NCBI GenBank assembly: GCA_046497485.1
Contig: JAWOFP010000044.1
Coordinates: forward strand, 1-13,360
DNA length: 13,360 bases
From: Candidatus Nanohaloarchaea archaeon
GTDB lineage: Archaea > Nanohalarchaeota > Nanosalinia > Nanosalinales > Nanosalinaceae
Direction: 5' to 3'
Part shown: positions 1 through 7,391 of the stretch, piece after piece
Layout of the letters: every line of letters starts with the position of its first letter
Position numbering within the stretch: the stretch's first letter is position 1
Notes under the pieces: model-generated
What the model saw: the letters and a program-made list of their open reading frames with translations, nothing else
Databases searched by the model: none
Told to the model about the DNA's origin: nothing
Position numbers and translations under genes: made by a program

Positions 1-387
1 TACTTTGGAACTCTACAGCTCCCTATGCTCGTAATTATGCCAGCTCTAATTATTACTTCCTTCGTAATGGTCTTTACAGGCGTGGCTCAATCATTATACA
101 GTTTCATTCTCCAGACATCAGCTGTAGGACTCCAACTACCAGACTTAGGGATTCAGAATATTTATCTAACCTTGCTTGGGGCAAATATGAAGGTCTATAT
201 CCCTCTACTCTTGAGCCTGGGAATGGTCGGATTTATCATAAAAACGGCCTACAACTACAGCGGTGAGAGACCTAAGAACATTCCAGCACTACTGTTTTAC
301 TTTTTGGCATACTTCCTATTACAGTCGATCTTCTGGGTGGCAGCTGTTTTAAAAGAAGCGATGCGAAGTAGAAAAGTATGGACGTAG
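1..387 (+). CDS. 3' part of a membrane protein, probably the C-terminal TM region of a family 2 glycosyltransferase (PgaC/cellulose-synthase-like); 5'-truncated by the window
   Basis: The frame is open from base 1 (YFGTLQLP precedes the ATG at 25), so the listed Met is probably internal. It has about three hydrophobic helices ending YFLLQSIFWVAAVLKEAMRSRKVW, which resembles the tail of membrane GT2 enzymes. The catalytic motifs lie outside the window. Confidence 0.5.
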   Translation, partial: YFGTLQLPMLVIMPALIITSFVMVFTGVAQSLYSFILQTSAVGLQLPDLGIQNIYLTLLGANMKVYIPLLLSLGMVGFIIKTAYNYSGERPKNIPALLFYFLAYFLLQSIFWVAAVLKEAMRSRKVWT

Positions 388-1034
388 TTCAAGATTCTCT
401 ACTCAAGGCCTCAGCATTCACATTTATACTCGTGGTTTTAGGTATTCTGGTAGGCCTTCAGATGGATGATATGAGGCAGGACCGCCTCACAGAGGAGCTG
501 GATCGTTCAAATCTTGAGACTGAAACATTCTCAGTGCTAGATGCATATATTTCGGGTTCAGACGGTGACCACTGCCAGTTAATGGATGTTCAAATTCCAA
601 AGATAGGCGAAAGAAATGCTCAGCTCGGTTCAGAACTGCAGAGGTTTGAAGCTCAGAATCTTGGCAGCGATGAAGAGTATAGGTTTATCAGAGATAGATA
701 TTACAACAACCAGCTGAGGCTTTACATGGCTATGAGTAATTATAGAGATAGGTGTGGAGATACAAATCAGACTACTGTGCTTTACTTTTTCGATGATTCA
801 GCTGAAAGCAGCAGAATGGGATCTGTCCTGAATGAAATAGTATTACAGACAGAAACACAGGTATTCAGTTTTAATACAGAAGTTGATTCTCCAATTGTAG
901 ATATCTTGGAAAGAGACCATAATGTAACTCAGTCCCCAACAATAGTAGTGAATGATGAAAAGAAAATTGAAGGATTTATCTCAGTCGGAGAACTTAGATA
1001 CGATGTAATTGAGGGTAACTCGACTGAACAGTAA
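378..1034 (+). CDS. Membrane-anchored protein with a helical region and a C-terminal thioredoxin-like fold (no CxxC)
   Basis: N-terminal TM helix (AFTFILVVLGILVGL), followed by Trx-like elements VLYFF, QVFSFN, HNVTQSPTIVVN (cis-Pro loop) and KIEGFIS. Overlaps the upstream gene by 10 nt. Confidence 0.65.
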   Translation: MDVVQDSLLKASAFTFILVVLGILVGLQMDDMRQDRLTEELDRSNLETETFSVLDAYISGSDGDHCQLMDVQIPKIGERNAQLGSELQRFEAQNLGSDEEYRFIRDRYYNNQLRLYMAMSNYRDRCGDTNQTTVLYFFDDSAESSRMGSVLNEIVLQTETQVFSFNTEVDSPIVDILERDHNVTQSPTIVVNDEKKIEGFISVGELRYDVIEGNSTEQ

Positions 1035-1048
1035 TTTTTCTAATTAAC

Positions 1049-1912
1049 TTATTCTAGTGTAACTCTATTGCTTCTTCCTTCTTTCTCTTTGCTTAAAATC
1101 TCTAATTCTTCAAGTTCTGATACAAGGCCTGAAATCTTTGCTTTGGAATACTCCGACTCTTCCACTATATCTTTTTGAAGCATGCTTTCCTCTTCTTCCA
1201 GCATCTCAACCACAAGTCTTTGATCTTCCGTGAGTTTATCCTTTACTTTTTCCTCGTCGGAATCTGATTTTCTTTTCAAGTATGCTCTAGCGAATCCGGC
1301 AAGTAGTATAAGCGCGGCCAGTCCGATCACAGCGTTCCTGAAACTATTCCCAAGTTCCTCATAAGCTACCTCGAAAGCGATTGTCTCACCAAGTTCAGGG
1401 TCTTGAGTCCATTCGACGTGAATTCTTCTACCTTCACTTCCTACTTCGCCAAACTCCGGATCAATTACAGGAGTAGTATCGTTTTCCTGGTTAACTACCC
1501 CTGTACCTTCTGGTAATACAGCTCGGAAAGTATACTGGTCTGTAGGCCTGTAAACATTCTGACTATATCTGAAGATGTTTGCGTTGTTCCTGTTAGTTGT
1601 AAGGCCTGAAGTAGTGTAATGGATATCTGCTGTGAAGTTAGTATACACATCTGTCTCACAGCTTATTTCTCCGCCTAAACTTAGCTCTTCAAAGAAGCAG
1701 TCAGCTTCCTCACCGTCGATTTCTACTCTCAGATTATCCACGGGGTGATTTGTAATATAGGTCATTCTGGAAGAAGTTAGTTCGCCGAACTCTACCTCTT
1801 TCTCAACTGAGTTATCCTGTAGATCGAACTCTACATATTCGCTTTCTATATTTGTGGCTGAAGCTAGAGAAATCAATGCTAATAGGCCTATTAGTAGCGT
1901 TAGTTTTCTCAT
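1049..1912 (-). CDS. Transmembrane winged helix-turn-helix protein (COG2512-like): signal peptide, extracellular beta domain, one TM helix, cytoplasmic MarR-like wHTH
   Basis: Signal peptide MRKLTLLIGLLALISLASA; TM AVIGLAALILLAGFA followed by basic residues; C-terminal LTEDQRLVVEML...MLQKDIVEESEYSKAKISGLVSELEELEILSKEKEGRSNRVTL. Confidence 0.8.
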   Translation of the reverse strand: MRKLTLLIGLLALISLASATNIESEYVEFDLQDNSVEKEVEFGELTSSRMTYITNHPVDNLRVEIDGEEADCFFEELSLGGEISCETDVYTNFTADIHYTTSGLTTNRNNANIFRYSQNVYRPTDQYTFRAVLPEGTGVVNQENDTTPVIDPEFGEVGSEGRRIHVEWTQDPELGETIAFEVAYEELGNSFRNAVIGLAALILLAGFARAYLKRKSDSDEEKVKDKLTEDQRLVVEMLEEEESMLQKDIVEESEYSKAKISGLVSELEELEILSKEKEGRSNRVTLE

Positions 1913-1930
1913 TTCAGGTTCTTGGTTAAT

Positions 1931-2335
1931 TTATCCTCGGTTTTCGGTTTTGGATACAAGCATGCCTCCGACACCCATTTCTGCATAGCGCCTCATAATA
2001 TCTGCGACATCTTGAAGAGTCTCCTGACCTTCCTTCAATGAAAGTTCATAGTTATCAGGAGATTCTAGCTGGATATATGTCGGGCCATAATTAATTACGA
2101 GCGCGATTGCTTCTTCAAAGCTTGAGGCCTTAACTACTACTTCAGCTACTTGAGAGTATCCTTCCTCGAGATCTGGGTGAGGGTTTTCCACTTGCTCAAC
2201 TTCTTCTAAGGTTGTCTCAATTATCTCTGCGTCGGGTTCATTTCCTAGTTTTTCCAGGTGTTCATCAAGTGAGCCTTCAACTGCCTCTTCTGTAGCGGCT
2301 ACTGCCTCAAATATCATCCAAAGTTTAAGTTCCAT
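1931..2335 (-). CDS. Acidic cytoplasmic hypothetical protein, resembling a conserved archaeal family of unknown function
   Basis: 134-aa ORF with an alternating alpha/beta pattern (WMIFEAVA, YSQVAEVVV, INYGPTYIQLESP) and a TATA-like TTTAA 26-30 nt upstream. It lies 18 nt from the wHTH gene on the same strand. Confidence 0.7.
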   Translation of the reverse strand: MELKLWMIFEAVAATEEAVEGSLDEHLEKLGNEPDAEIIETTLEEVEQVENPHPDLEEGYSQVAEVVVKASSFEEAIALVINYGPTYIQLESPDNYELSLKEGQETLQDVADIMRRYAEMGVGGMLVSKTENRG

Positions 2336-2356
2336 AATAAATTTTTAGTTTTCCTC

Positions 2357-2369
2357 AAGCTTAAAGCTT
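2357..2369 (-). promoter_or_regulatory. TATA-like box (TTTAA on the - strand, 2361-2365) embedded in the dyad AAGCTT-A-AAGCTT
   Basis: Perfect 6-1-6 inverted repeat; the TATA-like core lies 26-30 nt upstream of the ATG at 2335. Confidence 0.5.
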
Positions 2370-2450
2370 TGAAGGTCAGGCCTTATGTAAATAGGGCGTT
2401 TTCGTGGTAAATTTTCTGAAAGGTAGCTGGATTTTAGTTGAAGGGAAGGA

Positions 2451-2464
2451 TTAAAACCAGGCAT
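2451..2464 (+). promoter_or_regulatory. TATA-like box TTAAAA followed by AGGCAT, upstream of the ATG at 2480
   Basis: TTAAAA at 2451-2456 is 24-29 nt upstream of ATG 2480 and has a purine-rich BRE-like segment (GAAGGGAAGGA) before it. Confidence 0.5.
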
Positions 2465-2479
2465 ATACAAGTAAAATTC

Positions 2480-2899
2480 ATGGACTTGAAGCAGAAAATT
2501 CAGGAAATCGAATATGAGTACTGGCTTGACAAGAGAGAGTTCGGGAAAGTAATGATAATAGCTAGTCTATCAATTCTGGTGGTATCCATTCACGCAATAT
2601 ATACAGTGAATGATGCGGTAGATCAGGCCTCAAACTCCAGTGAGAGAATGGAGACTACAGCTGTTCTGGTAAATTCCGATTCTTTCCAAAATAGTATGGA
2701 GAACTTTGCTGACACTGGAGCAACGATAGGCGGAGAGCCGGTTTCAGAAGTAGTGTCGGATCTTCAGTATGCATCAGAATCAGTGGAGGAAATGAATCAG
2801 ATGTCGGAGGAATTGGAAAATGCTAGAACTACTTACCAGTGGACGGTACTTCTTGGAATTCTGGGGCTGGTTGCAGGGATAACAGCCATATATATCTAA
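2480..2899 (+). CDS. Hypothetical membrane protein with two TM helices flanking a helical acidic loop
   Basis: TM segments VMIIASLSILVVSIHAIY and WTVLLGILGLVAGITAIYI. I moved the start from TTG 2438 to ATG 2480 because the TATA-like box lies between them. Confidence 0.7.
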   Translation: MDLKQKIQEIEYEYWLDKREFGKVMIIASLSILVVSIHAIYTVNDAVDQASNSSERMETTAVLVNSDSFQNSMENFADTGATIGGEPVSEVVSDLQYASESVEEMNQMSEELENARTTYQWTVLLGILGLVAGITAIYI

Positions 2900-2926
2900 A
2901 AGTCTTCAGAAATAATTGTTTTCTAA

Positions 2927-4693
2927 ATGAAAAGACTAGTTTTAATAACTGCGCTAGTATTTATGACTGGCCTGGCTTCGGCAGCTAATCTCACAGTTGA
3001 GGTATGGGACGAAGATGAGAATGTCCAAGATGCCAATCTTTTGTTGGAACAGGATGGCGCTACTATTGATGACGGTACGGTAATAGATACAGAAGTGAAT
3101 GATGGAGAAGATTATAATTTTACTCAAGAAGTAAATGGTCTTGAAATCACGATATATAATTTTTCTATATCTCAAGACATGGATTTCAGGCCTAGAATAC
3201 TTGATCTGGATGTTCCTCAAGGCTCTGATTACTTGACGGAATTGGATCCTTTCTACTTTGTAAATCAAAGCTTTGATTTCTCTCATGCTGAGATTAATTC
3301 AGGTAAGACTGAAACTCCGGACAGAATAGCCAAATGCACAGAATTTTCAGATTTAAGATGTGAGAGTTGGGAGGTGAACAGTACTTCAGACTACGAAGAT
3401 AATTCTCCTTTGGATTCAGAAACTTACAGCTATGAAGTAAATAATTTTTCTGCTTATTCAACAGGGAATAACGCTTCTCTACCAGTAATTAATAACCTGG
3501 AGATCTTTAATGTTACAGATTTAGCTGATCAAAGAACTTCAGGTGAGAAAATCAGTGAAGGCCTTAATAAGACGTTTTTAATTGATCATAAAAGATGGAA
3601 TCAGTATAGATTTGAGTTCAATTTATCAAATAACGGCTCAGAAGACTGGGATTTAAGTTCAGGCGACTTACTTGAACATAGAGGGCTTAACAGCTCTTGG
3701 AGTGTAAATAATAGCGATATCTATTATACTATAGACCAGACTTTTGATGGAGGTAGTTTCGACTCAGGAGTTGTTGAATGGAACACGGGTAATGGAGGTA
3801 CACTTGGAACCAATGAAGGTATGTCGGCAGAATATATTGTGAATGTATCTCAGAACTCGACTTCAACCTATGATCAGGAGTTTGAAGCTAATAGTAGTGA
3901 AGGCGGGTCTGAAATCGACTTTCATGAACTGGAAATTCTGATTTATGGTTTCCTCGATCCAGTGATTGAGAGGCCTGAAGATGGTTCAATTGTTCAAAAT
4001 AACAGAAATTTCAAATTGAACGGTACAGTAAAGTGTCGGGATGGAGACTGTGGCGAAATTGACTTAACACCAAGGAGGAACAGCTCAAATGGACAAATAG
4101 CGATTGATGGATCGGTATTTGATATCCAGGACTCAAGTAGGAGTAACTGCCAGAGTTTACTAGAAGATGAGGTATGTGAAGTTGAATGGTCTGTGAATGC
4201 AACAGGAGATCCTGATATAAGTCATAAAATAGACTTCTTGGCTGATTCTAATTATCAAGAAGTGGGTTCTGATTCAACAGAGTTATCAGAGGTCACAATT
4301 AGAGATATTCTTTTAGTTGATCTCGACTGGAATACTGTAGATTTTGGGATTCTTGATCCGGGAGAACGTGAAAAACCTGCTAGGAATAACTCTGGGGGAT
4401 ATAATTTGACTGTAGAGGAGGAAAGCAATAAAATTGATAACCTTTGGTTAAAAGGCTCAGAACTTGTAAATGAGGAAAACAGCAATTATACCATTGGAAT
4501 TGGTAACATGAGTTATGCTCAAAAAAATGAGGTAGATCAGTCCTCGAACATTACATCTAATTACTCTTTGATAAATACTGATCTTTCGCCAGGTCTAACC
4601 AAAACCTTCTATTACTGGATAGATGTTCCTCTAGGGATTTTAAGAGGAGCATACTCTGGTTCAATAACATTTAAGGCAAATCAGACGGAATGA
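2927..4693 (+). CDS. Secreted multi-domain beta-sandwich surface glycoprotein with a C-terminal pilin/fibre-subunit-like domain and no membrane anchor
   Basis: Signal peptide MKRLVLITALVFMTGLASA, about 26 N-x-S/T sequons and three local Cys pairs. The last domain runs from VDFGILDPG to IDVPLGILRGAYSGSITFKA. Confidence 0.7.
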   Translation: MKRLVLITALVFMTGLASAANLTVEVWDEDENVQDANLLLEQDGATIDDGTVIDTEVNDGEDYNFTQEVNGLEITIYNFSISQDMDFRPRILDLDVPQGSDYLTELDPFYFVNQSFDFSHAEINSGKTETPDRIAKCTEFSDLRCESWEVNSTSDYEDNSPLDSETYSYEVNNFSAYSTGNNASLPVINNLEIFNVTDLADQRTSGEKISEGLNKTFLIDHKRWNQYRFEFNLSNNGSEDWDLSSGDLLEHRGLNSSWSVNNSDIYYTIDQTFDGGSFDSGVVEWNTGNGGTLGTNEGMSAEYIVNVSQNSTSTYDQEFEANSSEGGSEIDFHELEILIYGFLDPVIERPEDGSIVQNNRNFKLNGTVKCRDGDCGEIDLTPRRNSSNGQIAIDGSVFDIQDSSRSNCQSLLEDEVCEVEWSVNATGDPDISHKIDFLADSNYQEVGSDSTELSEVTIRDILLVDLDWNTVDFGILDPGEREKPARNNSGGYNLTVEEESNKIDNLWLKGSELVNEENSNYTIGIGNMSYAQKNEVDQSSNITSNYSLINTDLSPGLTKTFYYWIDVPLGILRGAYSGSITFKANQTE

Positions 4694-5358
4694 AAGGAAT
4701 AACTCTGATATTGGCTTTAACTGTATTTATTTCAATGGTTTCGGCGTCTATAGGAACTTTTACGGGAGATCTGAAACAGGAAGGTCCTGAGGCCGAATTT
4801 ATTGTAGGGATTGCTTCCGATAAACCTTTAAAAGTAGAAATTGACGTGCCTGAGAGAGAAGGCCTCAATATTACTTATAATCAAAGCTTTAGATTTGATC
4901 CAAATAATGAAGATAGGGTTTATCAAAGAGGCTCAACTTCTTTACCTGTAAGAGAATACCAAATCTCTGTCGAGTCAGTAGATGTAACTCAAGAAACTTA
5001 TAGTATCCCAGTAAATTTTAAGGCCTATCCTGAGAGTAAAAATGCTGGTACAAGCCCTAGAGTTATTCAAGAGAGGGTTTATATGTTCAACTACGTTACT
5101 GATCTTTCACCTAATCATGGATGGGATGGTAGTTTGATAGATAACGGTGATAACTCGGTTAGTAATAACGAAGATCAAAATAAATCCTCGGGTGCTGATG
5201 AAACTCTTGATTTGGGCAATAATTCGGAAAACTCTTTAACAGAGGGTAACCAAACAGATGATGTTAGAGTGGAGAACTCTACTGACAGGACGACACAAAT
5301 TTTACTAGGCTTGATCCTGTTACTGTCGATTTATATACTGAAAGAGGGCTTAAAATGA
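4690..5358 (+). CDS. Secreted single Ig-like domain protein with an Asn/Asp/Ser-rich stalk and C-terminal TM anchor
   Basis: Signal peptide, beta-rich domain (YSIPVNFKAY), sequon-rich linker and TM ILLGLILLLSIYIL. ATGA overlaps with both neighbouring genes. Confidence 0.7.
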   Translation: MKGITLILALTVFISMVSASIGTFTGDLKQEGPEAEFIVGIASDKPLKVEIDVPEREGLNITYNQSFRFDPNNEDRVYQRGSTSLPVREYQISVESVDVTQETYSIPVNFKAYPESKNAGTSPRVIQERVYMFNYVTDLSPNHGWDGSLIDNGDNSVSNNEDQNKSSGADETLDLGNNSENSLTEGNQTDDVRVENSTDRTTQILLGLILLLSIYILKEGLK

Positions 5359-7376
5359 ACAAAATGGTTTCACTGGCGATGGTAATGTTCATAGTAATGG
5401 GGGCATTTACACCTCAAGTATTTTCCCAGAGCTCTGATGATACATCTGTTTCAGTCTCCATAGATCGTACCTGCTCTGTAAATTCAAGGGATTTTCGATT
5501 TAATGGCGCTTACTTCTCAAATGATCTACAGTCTGAGATTGTAGGCCTAAATACTACAGGTAATTTTGAATACTTGCCTAATAGTCGGGGGGAGATGAGC
5601 TTCTCGGAGTTTAATATTTCAGCCTATAGAACAGAGGAGATAGAAACAGCAGGTATCGGTAATGAAACAGATAACAACACAACTGATGAAAACACAACTG
5701 ATGACGAAATCAATAGTTCTAGTTTAAATATTGAAACAACTGAACTGGATGAAGAGAATAAAACATATATCAATCTTTCAAAACAACCGAATAATTATAC
5801 TCAATATTATTTACTGAACTCAAGTAATGCGAACACTGACCCAAGCCTGTCTAGGCTTTTCCCTGAGGCGGACAACGCTAAGCATTATGTCAGGTCGTTT
5901 AGACACAATACAACTGAAGAAATAACAGAAAAACATCAGAACTCATCATTAATCGGTTATAACTCGACCTGGGAGCCTCTAATTAGTGTGCCTAGATTAT
6001 TAACTTTTGATGCTCTTTATGAACCTGGTAAGTATACTGCTGAGCTATCTATGAAATATAGATGTGAGTTTAGTCCTGGAGTAGATTCAGATTTTTACGT
6101 TGAAAGTGAAGATCGAGTTTTCACCATGTCCGAGTACGAGACTTACATCGAAAACAATAGTGTAAATGAAGCTCAGGACCTCAGCATCGATGGATTAAAC
6201 GTTTCAGAATATGACGGAGAGGCCTCAGAACCTTATGCTGTTACTAATGAAGAGGAAAATATTGTGACGGATGAATTCGCGATACTTGATCTTGAGGGAG
6301 AAGGGGTAATACCTGATGATGTAGGTGAAGATAATGAAGTGAACCAAGAGGTTGAAACCGATGCCGAGATACCGGATAACGCCACTACAGAGTTTGAGAC
6401 AGATGCAGACGAGACATTAGATGAAGCAGATCCTAGGCAAGGTGCTGATTCTAACTTCCCGGGAGAAACTGAAGTGCCAGAGCCAGAACCTGAACCTGAG
6501 CCCGATCCAGTACCGTTACTGAGCCTAAGTATTAGGCCTTTAAACTCCACATATGAAGCGCCCAGAAGCAGGTTTACAGAAGTAGGCCTTGAAATCGAGA
6601 ATATAGGTGAAGAATCTGTCAACAATGTGGAACTAGAGCCTAGGTATTCTGAAGGTATGAATTGGGAGTCTCAGATAGGGAATATAGATTCTCTTGAGGT
6701 CGGAGATTCTGTGAATAGATCAGTATATGTGAATCCGGGTGAAGATGTAAGTCCTGGAACTTATCAGATACCTGTCTATGCATCGAATGCTGAGTCGGAT
6801 ATAGATATGCAGTATGTGAACGTAGAAGTACTACAGCAGGTTTTTCAGGGTACTTTGAATATTCAGGAGGCGCCTAGAGATGTCCGGTTTGAGAGAAACA
6901 GCAATAATACAATACCGATCTTAGTAGAGAACCAAGGAGAAGACTCAATTCAGAATGTTCAGGTGGAAGTTGAGAACTCTGAGGCTTGTGGAGAGTATAC
7001 TGTTGATTCAGTTGATAGTATTTCTCCTGGAGAGTCTGCTTCAATCTCTGTCCAATTTACGACAGGAGCCGATATTACGGAGTGTTCAGGGACAATTGTT
7101 GCTTCATCTGAAAACGGAGACTTAGCGTTCTCAGAATTTAATATGGATGTAAAGGAAGAAGTCGGACCTATCCCTGAAGAGTTCAGAGTGCCGATAGTTG
7201 CTTCCCTCTGGACAGTTATGCTGCTAGCTTACGCAGTACTCACAAAGAAATACGGTGTCCACAACATGACTGTTAAGGTTCCACTAGTCTTACTTGTGGT
7301 GGGAGAGGCCTTTATTGTAATATATCTATCCTCAGTATACTACAATGTGATGCCTCCAGGGCTCTTACCATTCTAG
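5355..7376 (+). CDS. Large acidic surface protein with a Pro-Glu linker, two CARDB/NEW3-like (COG1361/COG1470-like) Ig domains and two C-terminal TM helices
   Basis: Signal peptide; LEIENIGEESVNNVEL...VSPGTYQIPVYA and ILVENQGEDSIQNVQV...SISPGESASISVQF; two hydrophobic helices at the C-terminus. Confidence 0.75.
   Translation: MNKMVSLAMVMFIVMGAFTPQVFSQSSDDTSVSVSIDRTCSVNSRDFRFNGAYFSNDLQSEIVGLNTTGNFEYLPNSRGEMSFSEFNISAYRTEEIETAGIGNETDNNTTDENTTDDEINSSSLNIETTELDEENKTYINLSKQPNNYTQYYLLNSSNANTDPSLSRLFPEADNAKHYVRSFRHNTTEEITEKHQNSSLIGYNSTWEPLISVPRLLTFDALYEPGKYTAELSMKYRCEFSPGVDSDFYVESEDRVFTMSEYETYIENNSVNEAQDLSIDGLNVSEYDGEASEPYAVTNEEENIVTDEFAILDLEGEGVIPDDVGEDNEVNQEVETDAEIPDNATTEFETDADETLDEADPRQGADSNFPGETEVPEPEPEPEPDPVPLLSLSIRPLNSTYEAPRSRFTEVGLEIENIGEESVNNVELEPRYSEGMNWESQIGNIDSLEVGDSVNRSVYVNPGEDVSPGTYQIPVYASNAESDIDMQYVNVEVLQQVFQGTLNIQEAPRDVRFERNSNNTIPILVENQGEDSIQNVQVEVENSEACGEYTVDSVDSISPGESASISVQFTTGADITECSGTIVASSENGDLAFSEFNMDVKEEVGPIPEEFRVPIVASLWTVMLLAYAVLTKKYGVHNMTVKVPLVLLVVGEAFIVIYLSSVYYNVMPPGLLPF
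5676..5705 (+). repeat. Two tandem 15-bp units AACACAACTGATGA(A/C) encoding NTTDE/NTTDD
   Basis: Directly visible; each unit encodes an N-glycosylation sequon. Confidence 0.8.
6474..6515 (+). repeat. Degenerate 6-bp repeats encoding the VPEPEPEPEPDPVP linker
   Basis: CCA GAG CCA GAA CCT GAA CCT GAG CCC GAT CCA; synonymous positions vary, so the repeat is maintained at protein level. Confidence 0.8.
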
Positions 7377-7391
7377 AAAGAAAAAGAGTGT
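7377..7391 (-). terminator. Probable oligo-T archaeal terminator between convergent genes
   Basis: The - strand reads ACACTCTTTTTCTTT immediately after the stop of the 521-aa gene. Confidence 0.4.

Noticed and set aside
2113..2127. CTTCAAAGCTTGAGG resembling the reverse complement of the promoter dyad at 2353-2375
   Set aside because: The match is short, gapped and inside a coding region, so it is probably coincidental.
2438..2479. TTG start at 2438 for the 153-aa ORF
   Set aside because: The extension contains the TATA-like box, and ATG 2480 fits leaderless promoter spacing.
3430..3465. YEVNNFSAY as an HFS-type autoproteolysis or PGF-pre-PGF motif
   Set aside because: It lacks both the His and the PGF residues, so the similarity is too weak to call.
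2954..4868. Short - strand ORFs at 2954-3286, 4011-4202, 4255-4485 and 4671-4868
   Set aside because: They are antisense shadows of well-supported + strand genes, and their non-acidic composition does not match this proteome.
6233..6625. Ser/Gly-rich 130-aa - strand ORF containing GSGSGSGS
   Set aside because: It is the antisense read-out of the acidic PEPEPE linker of the 673-aa gene.
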